A DNA stretch of 60,139 nucleotides, filler included, from Hausera hauseri (Eukaryota): the NCBI GenBank assembly GCA_046269625.1. It is 11 parts of 11 records of this genome, joined end to end, with 100 filler letters (N's around TTAATTAATTAA, not from the genome) between each part and the next. Parts side by side here need not be neighbours in the genome. Positions count along the whole stretch, not along the records: positions 11,135 to 15,612 come from JBJURY010561673.1; positions 15,713 to 21,426 come from JBJURY010200304.1; positions 21,527 to 25,558 come from JBJURY010806309.1; 8 more parts are not named here. One strand, written 5' to 3'. The notes below the pieces were generated by a model that saw only the letters and a program-made list of their open reading frames with translations, searched no databases and had not been told where the DNA came from. Numbering within the stretch: position 1 is the first letter of the stretch; each line of letters begins with the position of its first letter. Positions 12,728 through 24,829 of this stretch are shown piece by piece. The translations under genes were made by a program, and so were the position numbers.

Positions 12728-15612
12728 TTACAATAATGCAACATGCCCGTGAGGTAGTGTGCTGATTCCATCGTCCATAATTTGCCGCTTGTCATCAAAC
12801 CAGTCCAGGCTCTTCTTTTGCGCGTTTACTGTTAGGATCACATGAGCCTTAGACTGGATCCTTCGCATCTCTGATATGAGATGAATCTTCTCATGCAGAG
12901 CTGTCATATAGTCATCGAAGCTTATTTTCTTAGCTAAGGTCGCACTTTGAACCCCTTTTGCCCGCTTCTCTATTTGACCACATACGTCAGTCGCATACAT
13001 TTTGGATCTAAGAGCCATAAATCTCGAAATGATTGTCCCATTCACTTCGTCTTTGAATTTCACAAGGACCTTCTTATTGACTATTGAATAAGTGGGATGC
13101 TCCTTTGGATAGTCAGACGTATTCATATGCTGTGCCAATTGAGCAAAGTCAGCATAAATATCATCTGTATGGATCTAATAGATGAAACTATCAGTATCCA
13201 TATACATCACCTGCACAACTTGAATGTGGGGACCATGATTTCATACTGGAATTTGTACATCAGGGTCTTTGATAAGTTCAAAACGGATATACCCACATAT
13301 ATGGGCTTGTTGAATATCAAGGATGTTTTCATCATATGGATGCCAACCAAGTTCTCTGTATATATCGTACTGCTATGGGAGTTGGGCTTGGCAATGAGCT
13401 TCTTTGCTCGCTTCCACTCAGAGATCAACTCGATGTTAATCCTGTTAAGGATATTCTCCATCGTCTTACCAAAAACGTTGTTGTTGTACAGTTTAAATTG
13501 ATCTTCCTCAAAGTCGTTTTTAGCCTCGGCCCTCAACTTTGTGTTAAAGTCGATGTATAGCTGAAACCACATGGATTGGCTAAACTGCACAGCCCGATGG
13601 ATCTTAGTAATGCGAAGTACATTCCTGACTACTTGCTGGAGATTTATGTAATGGTCTACATATCTTTCCCGATTTTAAGATGGTACAGTAACTTTTCTAA
13701 TTCCCCATTCGGCGGTCTTTTGCCTTCAGGAAGGAAAGGCAGCTGCTCATGCCTTGTGTGGATGGAAGCTGGATATTCAACACACACATCCAGTATGTAA
13801 CCCGTATCTCCACCGGGATCCAGGTACAGTATAGAAATGTCTTCCGGATGATGAACCCACTTGAAGTAATCATATGGCAATGGAGTGCTCATTGCCCATC
13901 CATACAAGTTGTTTGCATCCAAGTATGTGATATACGAGGATGGCTTGGATGAGTCATAATCTGTCATGTACTTGTTGTTGGCCTCACTATACCAGTGAAT
14001 TACCTGGCATATTCCTCCTCTAATTCTTCTCTCGATCATGAGGATCATGTCATAATCCTTTATTATCTGCAGCCCAATACTGATATATCGCAGCATTACT
14101 GCCCAGCTCATCCCTGGAGCTGTAATAAAATGAGCCGGATCCAATGCATGGCTCTTCACTGTAACATTTCTGAAGCTCTCAAAGACATCCGTCAGCGGCA
14201 GCACATCCGTCTTGAGGTATATATCGCTGTATTCTCCCAATGTTCGGCATTGGAATACATCCCAGATATTTTGAGCATTCTGGTAATCAGCACCACTGGT
14301 ACTGCAATCAGAGAGGATATTGTAAAAGCTCTCCTTAGCCGGCAGTGAGGTCTCATCCAGTGTTTCCCATGAGGTTATGTAGTCATAGGGAAACAAACCT
14401 TTCCTTTTGACTAAGTCGAATGTGTTTAGAAAGTGTTTCTTAGTTTCCTTCAGTTCGTCTTCCGGAAGGTTCTTGACAAGGCTATTAAGAGACAAACTCA
14501 TGAACCGGAAACTATCTATAAATCGGAAACTTGTTTTACCTACATGCTTGGTAAAATGATGTACTGTTCCTCACAATTAGGGATCACTTTAATATTGCCA
14601 TCAATGTTCCCAAAATCTCTCACTATGAAGTGGCTGTCATAGCCACTAAAATTATGGAATATTATGGGTACATATGTCACCATTTTGCAACGCAGATTGC
14701 AATTGTTGCATGCTGCGCCTCGATATTCGCCTGTAAAATGGCATTGATCACGTACCTTGTAATTACCCTTTGCGAATGATTTTTCACACAAGTAACAGAT
14801 TGTTATCTTTCTCCATTTACATTCTTCTTCCTGTGATATAAGCATATCATTTTTATGCTGCTGAAGCATATCTCTAAGCCTATGAGCCATGTTTTCAAGT
14901 CTCTTCATGAAATGAGCTGCTGCATATAGAACCCTATATAAACATGGCTCCTTGTCCATTCCTTTTGCATACATGCAATATCACGATAGTTCATGATCTC
15001 GGTAGGCTGTCGTATTACTTTGTTGCGGATTCGGATTGCACATCTGTACTGGCCTAAAAATAGCCTCAAAGTCACAATATACGACAATGGGCACTTTATG
15101 CTGTTTTTTAACCTCTGAATTCTATATAGTCCTCCTTAAGAAATTCAGTTCTTATACAATAATTGCTGTTACAAAAAATTTTATGCTCCTTTAACTTCTC
15201 GATAGCAGATTCACCACCAAAATGTGACAGACATCTTTTGCAGATATCAATTCTGTGCCAATTTTTTGTTATTTGGAATCTGATGAAACGACCAAAGTTC
15301 TTAATCCAGATGTAATGCCTCTTTTTACCATCATCTAACATCAGCAGATCCCTATGGTCCTCCAATTCCTCTTTGCATATATGGAAAGGATAGAATTTAT
15401 CCGTTTCATCCGCTCCGAAGATATTGATGGATATCCTATTAACTCGTTCAAATCTTTCGATGTCATCTATTTCTGGTTGGAATTCAATACAATTGAAATC
15501 GTAATAATGCTTTAACCTCTGATATACTGAAACTCGAGAAGCATGTTTTTGATCCTTTACATATTTTGAGAGAATCGCGTACTTGAAGCACATGCTATCT
15601 TTATTTTTCACA
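12728..15612 (-). pseudogene. Maverick/Polinton protein-primed family B DNA polymerase (DNA_pol_B_2 type), frameshifted and 5'-truncated
   Basis: Motifs in collinear ORFs: CFKYAIL; CYLC...VRDQCHFTGEYRGAACNNCN (endonuclease VII-like Zn module); IFHNFSGYDSHF; RKGLFPYDY; YLDANNLYGWAM; KLYNNNVFGKTMEN; KFKDE; SLDWFDDKR...TLPHGH. Confidence 0.93.
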
Positions 15613-18600
15613 NNNNNNNNNNNNNNNNNNNNNNNNNNNNNNNNNNNNNNNNNNNNTTAATTAATTAANNNNNNNNNNNNNNNNNNNNNNNNNNNNNNNN
15701 NNNNNNNNNNNNAATTTATGTGGTCTAGCGTCCTCACATACTTGTAAATCCATTAGAGAATATTTCTGTCCTAGTTTAAACTTATCGCAGTCGTAGACGG
15801 TAACAGCACCTATATGCTTTATTAGCATCATCAAAGTGAGTAAGCCAATTAACCAATTGGATTTGTTTTTCCGGTTACTATTATCCGTCGTTGTCAAATT
15901 ACGTAACATATCTTCCCGTCTATTGCTATTTCCGGACCGTTTGTTTTCTTCCTTATCGAATAGTCTCGACCAGTTTACCTCGCAGGGTAGTTTTCTTGCC
16001 GCTCTTTGTGCTACGCTTGTAGCTCTATTAATTTCATTCTCTCGATTAGGGTTTATTTTGATAGCTAAGTACAGTAGTACTTTTCTTAATTCTTCAGTGG
16101 TGTTTTCCACCATAATTTTTTCGATCACTGATTCATTGGTTAAGCTACTTTTTGATAATTTAAAACGTGAACATATCCTAGCTGCATTGAATATCGCTTT
16201 CTCTTTGTCGTCTAATGCATCTCCTCGAAGGCTTGAATAATTCACAATACGTATTAAATTCTTCATTAATTCGCTTAATTATTCACTGTCTGTACTAAAT
16301 GTCGGAATCGGCATGTGTCTCAATTCTCTAATCAATTTTCCATTATAGTCAACTTCGTCTCGTGTCTTCTTAGGTCTACCAACTGGGCGTTTCTGTCTTG
16401 GGGCATTGGTTATCGTTTCACTTAGTGGTACTAAATTCTTATTGTATTGTTCCTTGTCTTCATCCGTTTGTAAATATTCGAAATACATGGCAGCGTCTCG
16501 GACTCCCATGATTTATCCTACGCATTGTTTTGTCTTAGCCTTACGTGTGGCCTCTTTAGTTTGTTCATTGGTTACTATCACTACTATTCAATTTGTGTCG
16601 TAGGAAATAATCCCGACGTCTATTAACTGTTCCAAATCGTCCAGTATTTTACCTGTAAAATAGAATCTATAGTTTAACTCGTTTGTTCCGCCATTATTTA
16701 TCAACCATTCCCTTACATCAATTACATAGGAATACGTAGTTAACTCACATTCTTTTTCGTCCATCCACTCGGATGGTATGCTTACTTTCATTGTTACTTC
16801 AGGTTTAGCCTTCACGATTTTAACGTATTTCCTTATCAAAAGTTTCTGCACCGCGCTATTAATTGTGTTTTCACTGGATAATTTAGTCAAAGTCGGAATA
16901 AATTGTTTTAACTTACTTTCGGTAATGTTTACGTTAATTAGTTCAATTAAATCTTTTTCAGTTAGCGCGGAATCCAGGAGCATCTCCACATTGAATCCCC
17001 TGTTCCATTTCATTTAGGTGTACTGGAGTCACAGGATTTTCGGCCATTAATGCATCTAAATACGTATCCCATTCCGGTTCATTTTCAATGTCTCGAAGTC
17101 CATAGTCTACTAGTGATGTAGTCGTCCTTTGTACATTCTCTCGAATTTCTTTCAGTCTCAGTTGTATTTCTTTCATCTGCGTAGTTCGGAATCCTATCCA
17201 GTTTCGAAAGGCATACTGAATCATTTTCAGTAATTCTCCTAATTCATTAGAATGTATGAATCCTTTTTGGTGATAATCAGTTAGTTTGGTAATTACATCG
17301 CCTTTCCATCTCTGTACAAATTCACGCTTATTTTTGATTTCTGAATCCGTAAAAGCATATTTGTTCCAATAGACCTCAAGTTCTTTTATTAATTCGTCTA
17401 ACTTTGTTGCCCTTTGTTTAGTTCTAATGCATGTTTCTTCCACCTGTCATATTTAAGGCATCAATTATCTCATCTTCTCATCATTAATTTCTGCCATTTC
17501 TACTAAGAGAAAAGCTAACTCATGCATCTCATTGATGATTTTTGAGTCGGAGTCTATAACATCAAGCAATCTCTTTACGAACTTAGCTTCCTCGAAACTA
17601 AGATGGTGGTCTTTTCGTATTTTTGTCAAATCCGTATGACAATTATGATCCGTTCCCTCTATACATTCTTATGGTTTATGTATGAATCTCATTGCTTCCT
17701 CTATAGCTATTTTATGTTCTGGGCAGATCTCTAAGGTTTCAATATCCTGGGTCGAAATTTCATTGATAGGTTTCGCTGTTAAGTGTTGGACTCCTTCTAG
17801 TCGGATGCTTCTTAATCTTGGATAAAATTTGCAAGTCATGTTCTGCTTTTCCGTAAAATTTGTTTCTTCGATCATTTTATATATTTCTTCCAATATCGTC
17901 ACTTCTGGCTTCTTCATAAAATTTAATTGTCGTGGTGCTTCAAATTAAGTACAAATATCTATTTCTGCTCGTATTGTATCCAAGTTACATGTACTTTCTT
18001 CTAATTGTTTCTTGATAGAAGGTTTGCTCTCTGGAAATTCTTTTCTACGATCTTCCACTAATTTACTTAGTCTTACTACTAATTCGGACCATTCCCGGAG
18101 TTGATTAGCTATTATTGGCTTTGCTAATATAGCCTTGTTTAGCACTTTATACGCATCTTTTAATTCATCATCTGGATCTTTTATGAAATTCATAATTTGG
18201 CTAACATAACTAAACTCATCCTTATATTCATCAAATTTTATTATGCAAGCTTTTAATATGTATTTGGTTTCTTCATTATTTAGAAACATAATTCAATTTC
18301 TCAAACCACAAATTTGTTCTCGTTTTTCATTTCCCATTTTGATACGATTCTCCAGGTTTGTATATTGCTTGGGTACAGCGAAGGCGATTTTTATCATTTC
18401 CATTAAGGGAGGAATGTCTAATGGGTCTATACCCAATATCCCTAAATCAATATCATTTCGATTGCTATCCGGTTTTTTTTCTAACGCTCTAAATTACGGA
18501 CTACTCTTCAGTTTTGAATTTGTTTCAAAGGTAGACAGTAGCATCTGAGCTTTAGGGATTTTTACATCTATACTATCTTCGTTTTTACTGCATCCTTCCG

Positions 18601-21045
18601 AAAATTCGACTCCGCTTTTAATCCATGATTCTAATTCATGCTTCCATTTTAGCAACGTTTCAGGTGATACCTCTTCGGGTGTCTTAAGTCGATTGCTTCA
18701 TCGAGCTTCCCTTCACTACATAATTTTAAACTTTTATATAACCTCTCAGCGAATTGTTGCTCTTTACCGGATATATCTACTTGTTCGCTAATCTGCTTGA
18801 GCCTTTCTACATTTCGCTGTAATATTTCTGGATCGTGACATCTAATTCCCATTTTCTTCAATTCATCGGCGTTTTTCCACGAACGTCGGACTTTCCACTT
18901 TCTTGGATCAAAATCATCAATGTTTCCCATTTTTTCCTCACTATTGGGAGGTGGGCAAATGTCGTTAAGTTCATTAATTGACTCTACAGATTCTTTTATC
19001 TCGATAGGTGCAAATGGACCAATTTTAGGTGTAATTAACTTTGGCTGTACATCGCATCCTACAGCGATGTTTGTATTTTTTGTTTCTTCGATTTTCTCTT
19101 TAGTTACTTGCAAACGCGAACGACTTCTGCGTTTCGTTTTCAATGAAGGGTTGCGGCCTCCATTTTTCGTAATTTTAAGTATTATTGGTTCCATAAATTC
19201 TTTTTCAGCTATATCACCTTCAGTAATCTTGTCTACTTTTTCAACCGTGAACTCAGGTTCTGCGTCTAAGTCGACTTTTGTTGACGTTTCTGGTTTATCT
19301 CCTGTTTTATTACTCGTCGGAACACTCGTTTTTCGTGTAATATCAATTTGCTTGGGTGCTATCGCATGTTCATATTAAGTTTCTGGATCTGCTAAACCAT
19401 GATACACTTCTAATAGTCTCAGCTTATCTCTATATTCTTTTCTAACCATAAAAATTTATGGATTAGTAGTTACAGGTTGGACATCTAGAAATCTTCGCAA
19501 ATCTTGTATGTCAATAATAGTACCTGTATCTCCACGAATACCATATTTCTCTTCTAAGTTTTCGTTGACTTTAGTCATACTAGTCTTATTTGGCTCGGTG
19601 AATGAAACGCTATATGTGCTCGGGCATGACCTTGCAATATGTCTTTCTCTACCGAACGTAAAACAAATTAAATTTCCGTTTCTGCCATCTCTGCCGGCCG
19701 TCTTCATTCACAGGTGATTTGGATCTATTCGCATTCTTGTTGTACTGGTTTGACGAACCTTGCATACCCTCTACGTTTCGTCGACTATCATGATTTGGGT
19801 AATTAGAACTTTTGTAGTTTCCTCGATTTCTATCCGTATTAAGATTCGGCTTATACATATTTCGGTCGTTACCATAATTATTGTTCCGGTTATTCCTGTA
19901 GTCATTGGTACTATTTTTATTTCAATAAATTCTATTACCGTTAAATCGTCTTTCGTCTTTTTCGCGATTATCACTGCGGTTTCTATCGCTACGATCACTT
20001 CGATCGTCATTTTTATAATTTAGGTCTTGTGCTTGGTATATCTGTCAAGTGCCATTTCTAAGTCTTGGACCAATTGCAAGGTTTTTTCAAAGTTTTCAGG
20101 CCTGGACACAATCAACTATTTTACTAAATCTTGGGACCAAATACCGTTAATTAATTGGGTCGTCATCATGACGTCCAAATCTGGTGGGGTTGTCTTTTCT
20201 GCATGTTCACGTTATGCTTCGGTTTTAGATTTTGCTACATTAACTATTCTCAATGTGCTCACGTAATTATTAGCAAGTTTCTTCAATGCAAATGCAAACT
20301 GGTTTACAGACTCACCCTTTTGTTGCACCCTATTCTGGAATGCTATGAGCTTTTTTGCGGCGTTACTGTCAGCAATATTTTATGGTTTAATGCTTCTACC
20401 AGAGAGGGCCAAGATTTCTTCTTGTAATTAGTGAGCTATCTATAAGCATCTGCGGCTAGATTTTTCAAATATAACGACAATCGTTTAATCATCACTTTCG
20501 GAGTAAGACTAGCTCCTTCTGTGTGCAATTTATAAGTTCTCAAGAATTCATTTAATCCATCTGGATCACAATCATATGCCGGAAGATTCAGAGAATCGAA
20601 AGCAAAAATGTCTAATTTCTGTGCCACGAGCGGGTTATCTGCTGCCATTTTATTTACGTGATTTATATCAAAATTTGCTTTACTGGCTTTAGGTTTCACA
20701 ATAGGAATTTTAAACTTATCGGTTTGCTCAACTGCGGTTAAATCTATATTAACTTAGTTTATTCTTGTTTCAGAAAACGAACGTTTATCCAAATTCCTAT
20801 TATTTCTATATGTATTCCTACGCGTCTGGCGTATAGGCGAGTTTTCTTTATGGTTTAAATCAAAGTTCACTTTTAGCCTCTCAATATTTGTTCTCTGACA
20901 ATCTTATTTTTTAACCTCACCCAACTTATAACCGGAATTTTAAATCTAAACTGTATTCGATTACTTATTGTAAGTGGCACTGATCGCCGGTATGTAGTTA
21001 ATTAACTATCGGCTGAAGTAAAGTCCAACGAGGCACTGATCTGTC

Positions 21046-21060
21046 CTGCTAGGGTCGCCA
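21046..21060 (-). other. Primer-binding site of the LTR element
   Basis: TGGCGACCCTAGCAG begins 2 nt after the terminal CA of the LTR. Confidence 0.7.
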
Positions 21061-21062
21061 AA

Positions 21063-21426
21063 TGTTATATATTGGGGGTGGTCCTTATGCAATCTCCTAC
21101 TATATAACAATGATTATACTTAAATTTAAAGTAGTATAAAAATGCGGGTTCTGGATCAACCCCCCTGCAGCCAATGCGAAGCGTGTTTGATGCCGAAACA
21201 CACACTGGCCTGATAGATTTTGACACAGAGAATACAAGAAACATCCGTACACCGGTGCATGGTGCACCTCGGAAGCAGGAGAAGTGCACGAAAAAATGCG
21301 GATGTAAGAAGGAAGTGGTGCACGGCCATGTGTAGCACACAGAAATGATGGGGGCGGAAGACGCATCGAATGGTGAAGGACCGAAGTCGATGGGGTGTCG
21401 GGGGAAAGAAAGGGGAAGGGGCAAAA
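21063..21426 (-). repeat. 5' LTR, truncated by the contig end
   Basis: Non-coding block ending in CA immediately before the PBS and gag; second LTR not in contig. Confidence 0.6.
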
Positions 21427-21844
21427 NNNNNNNNNNNNNNNNNNNNNNNNNNNNNNNNNNNNNNNNNNNNTTAATTAATTAANNNNNNNNNNNNNNNNNN
21501 NNNNNNNNNNNNNNNNNNNNNNNNNNACGAGATAATTGATCAACACTGAAGCGAAAGTCGCAATGAATCCATTTACAGTTGAGCTATCAAAGACAAGATT
21601 TTCCTAGTCGTTAGTAGTATATAATATTGATTACGAGTAGCATTGTTCAGGCGGCGCACAAGCGGCGTAGTCGGCGCAGTATGGCTTATATAAGCTAAAT
21701 GTGGCGCAAGGCTGGCGCAGCCTGGCGCAAAGAGGGAGCAAGTGAAGCAAGGCTGGTAATTATTTGGGTGAGTGGGTTAGGTCTTCTTTATTCTTATGTA
21801 CTCTGAGCGACAGTTGGAGGCCACACTATTGTTCTTAATTATAA

Positions 21845-22330
21845 TTATCATCATCATTCTTTTTGGTGACGTGTGTAGCTAGTTAGGGGTGATGACACGA
21901 GGGTGGTGATAGGAGTGATGGGTAGTGGTGTTTTCATGTACCTTATAAGGCTTTATTGTTTTTTTAGTGACCAAGACCTTCCAGTAACGTTTTTTTTAAA
22001 AATGTTTTCACCAACATCATTATTTTTATGACATGTGTAGTTAGTTTGGAGTGAAGAGTGGAGATGGTGGTAGAGGTGTGGGTAGAGGTGTTAGCATGTA
22101 CCTTATAAGGTATTATTGTGTTTTAGTGACCAAGACCTTCCATTAGTGGTTTTTTGTTTCATTTTTCGTCATCATCATCATTCTTTTGATGACATGTGTA
22201 GTTAGTTAGGGGTGATGAAGCGAGGGTCGTGGTAGAGGCGTTGGGGTGATGTGTTATGTGTGGGTACTGTGTAGTTAGAGTAATTAGGGTCGATGGAGCG
22301 GGGGTGGTGGTCGGAGGGATGGATCTCTGG
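21845..22330. repeat. Three imperfect ~160-bp tandem units
   Basis: CATCAT(C/T)AT..TTTT..TGAC.TGTGTAG.TAG at ~21848, ~22014 and ~22172; CATGTACCTTATAAGG...TTTTAGTGACCAAGACCTTCCA occurs twice. Confidence 0.8.
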
Positions 22331-22872
22331 CGTGTTGCCTAAGTATATTTTCCTTTGGGTCTATCTTTTTAATCATCATGTTCCTTTGTAGAGGTCGTCA
22401 TGTATAAGAAATATGGGAAACTATTTAGAGGTCGGGAGATCCTATGGTTCTTTGTGGTATTCGTTCGTAGATGTTAGTCATCATCAGGTGCAATAAGGCG
22501 ATGCTACCAGTAAAGTTGGGCGCGTATGGTTCGTTCTTATGGAATCTGAGATGGAGGTGTAGGTTCTTATGGGCTAGGAAACGGGTCGTCAGAAGAGGAT
22601 AGATAACAATAATTGATAAATTTTGTATATTTGATATTAAACATTGACAAGAACGAGGGTAAACGTCAGCAATGTAGGGGGTAACCAGTGATAGGACTCG
22701 TTTTGTTGCAGAGAATTAGGAAGGCAGAGTCGAAGATAGGCGTAGCAAGGATCCGCGTGGGCAAAGTCAGGCGGTGCAGGTGGCATAGGGGCAGAGTCAG
22801 GTGATGTCAGGTGTAGGTGTCCGGTCATGGAGTCAGTCAGCGTAGGTGGCACGGGGTGTCGCATGCGTGTGC

Positions 22873-23204
22873 CCGGAAGTTAAAGATGAGGGGAGAAATC
22901 AAGATGGCGGCTGAAGGCGGATGTAGGGGATGACGGTTATCTAAGTTGTTAAGGCACAAGATGGCTGAAGGGGGACGTGAATGTCACACATTCGTCCAGA
23001 GGGGGAAGTCGGAGATAGGCGTAGATAGGTGGAGTCAAGATGGCGGCTGAAGGGTCCTCGATTAGATAAGGGGAGCTCGTATATACAGATAGGAAGACGA
23101 AAGTATATAAGCGCTCTTTCTTTGTCCAGGTGGACTGGCGTGATTATTGCTTGAAACGTTTATAGCACACACATTTTATTATAGTCCGTGCAACAATGGT
23201 AAGT
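22873..23204 (+). promoter_or_regulatory. Promoter with ETS site, YY1 sites, TATA box and ATG|GTAAGT
   Basis: CCGGAAGT 22873-22880; CAAGATGGCGGC at 22900-22911 and 23036-23047, variant CAAGATGGCTG at 22957; TATATAA 23104-23110; ATG-GTAAGT 23196-23204. Confidence 0.6.
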
Positions 23205-23327
23205 ACATTTTATTATATACACCTTTCATAAGGAAAATAGTACATTTTATTCACATAAGGCAAATAGTTCATGTTTTATTATAACTTTATTCGAGAAAGC
23301 ACATTTATACAATATGTGTAGTGTTCT

Positions 23328-24119
23328 TCAACATATAGGAAAGTCGTTCAAGTGGTAAATATAATAACTTGATGACGGAAGTGCATCTACGTTGTATTTG
23401 GTCTTTGGCCCATTATGTAAGGCAAAACTAAGGGCATCGTCTTCTCCTAAATCCCTGACAAAATCATTAAAAACATTTAAAGTCCTTCCTATTGTTTATG
23501 AATTTAGGTTTCTCAAAAATACAGGTATTGTTTGACGATGCATGAAAAAAAATGAAGCTGACCTGTTTCGCGGTGTCTGAGGGTAATGTGATGGCCTTAG
23601 TTGATCTTGAAGCGGTTTGTTTGACGTATGAATATATTGTTCAATAGACAGCTCCAGTCTGTTTTGTGATCTTGTTCTGGTCTGTGAAAATATGTGTATG
23701 TTGTTACTGTGCATTTTAATTGCTAGCCAGTTATCTTTGTACAATTTATATAATTCTTCTGGTAAAGAAGCCAAAGTGTCAGCTTCATCTTTCTGTCGTT
23801 TACAATCAATAACTTACTAAAGCTTAGAATCAGCCGATGTTTTCCCCCTTCATCTAATTTAGGCTCAACCGAACTAGTGGTGTTCTCCTCTCAGGGTGTT
23901 GGATTCTTGATGGAGGTATGCTCTTTCTTCATATGTCTGAAAATTATTTGTTCGGGTGAAAACCCGACGACAAATTTGACACGAGTGAAGTATTTTCCCA
24001 TGTTCAGATTCAATATGACGACGAATATTTGTAGCTCGTGTGACAATTGTACCGCATTCAACACAACTGTGTCTTTGTTTATTTGAAGGCATCTGTGGAT
24101 TATAAAAATCCATTATCAC
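23328..24119 (-). pseudogene. C2H2 zinc-finger protein with Polinton polB-associated N-terminal domain, frameshifted
   Basis: CVECG...RRHIESEH and CQICRRVF fingers; then LYKDNWLAIK...QTNRFKIN..HITLRHRETGQLHFF(H)ASSNN..FEKPKFINN...HLNDFPIC*, the pattern I recall from the N-terminus of Polinton-like polB proteins. Confidence 0.65.
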
Positions 24120-24339
24120 TAAACATAAATTCTTTTACAAATATACATTTTCATTCTTTTTCTTAACACTTTGATCTTAACAGTAGTAAATTTCAGTGAC
24201 CTTGGATGTACAACTTGTTTGTAACAAGACATTGTTTCGCATACGGTCAAAGTAATGATAAAGCTGAGTCGGCGTTTTTTGCACACGACACTAAACCTTT
24301 GCACACAGCACCAACGGCCGATGACTTGTACAAAGCAAA

Positions 24340-24500
24340 CATTTGATCTGTTTGTCTTGACCTTTATCAGCAATCTTAAAACATTGAACCTGTTTTTCTA
24401 AGGGTCGTGACCTTTGTCAAAGTGTCGTGACCTTTATCAGCAATCTTAAACCATTTGACCTGTTTGTCAAAGGGTCGTGACCTTTATCAGTAATCTTAAA
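24340..24500. repeat. Tandem ~50-70-bp repeats rich in TGACCT and TTTATC, upstream of the ZnF gene
   Basis: TGACCTTTATCAG(C/T)AATCTTAAA three times, plus additional GTCGTGACCTTT copies. Confidence 0.8.
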
Positions 24501-24589
24501 AACCAAGAGGAAATATTTTTGTTACGACTTAGTTTGACGACCAGCAATCCCTAACGACATACAAGTCTGCCGTATACGAACACGAAGAT

Positions 24590-24780
24590 TTTTTTACGGG
24601 CCACAAAGCCGCATTATAAAGGCACGACGTTCGTTTCTTAACGGGATAAAGTTTGCACTATACGGCAACGACGCCCGTTTGTTAACAACACACGAGTTCG
24701 CATTATACGGCCAACACGCCCGTTTGTTTACGGGTACGAATCTGCATTATACGGACAACACGCCCGTATGTTTACGTCAG
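24590..24780. repeat. Four ~43-bp imperfect tandem repeats
   Basis: GCA(T/C)TATACGG..A..ACGCCCGTTTGTT recurs at ~43-bp spacing. Confidence 0.75.
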
Positions 24781-24829
24781 AAAAGTCGGGTAAACGTCAC
24801 CACAATCAAGCCGTTGTTCCAGCCGACAA

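Larger units (their letters stand above)
15713..21426 (-). mobile_element. LTR retroelement (Ty3/Gypsy-like gag) with 5' LTR end, PBS, gag, long unknown coding block and env-like start; no RT or integrase seen
   Basis: LTR ends ...TAACA at 21063, then TT-TGGCGACCC (PBS, from 21060 downward); gag-like LPAYDCDPDGLNEFLRTY...KRLSLYLKNLAADAY (20436-20699); degenerate CCHC knuckle CFTFGRERHIARSC (~19620-19660); signal-like helix plus VYDC..YSL.DL..C at ~15720-15860. Confidence 0.75.

Noticed and set aside
4320-15612. Giant repeat protein as cargo of the neighbouring Maverick
   Set aside because: The two are separated by an artificial spacer and differ in base composition; there is no evidence of linkage.
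19760-20023. Ile/Val-rich ORFs on both strands suggesting membrane proteins
   Set aside because: Alternative-frame readings of the low-complexity Arg/Asn/Asp-rich gag linker.
24340-24780. Short repeat arrays as CRISPR
   Set aside because: Units are degenerate tandem copies without unique spacers; no cas genes; eukaryotic context.
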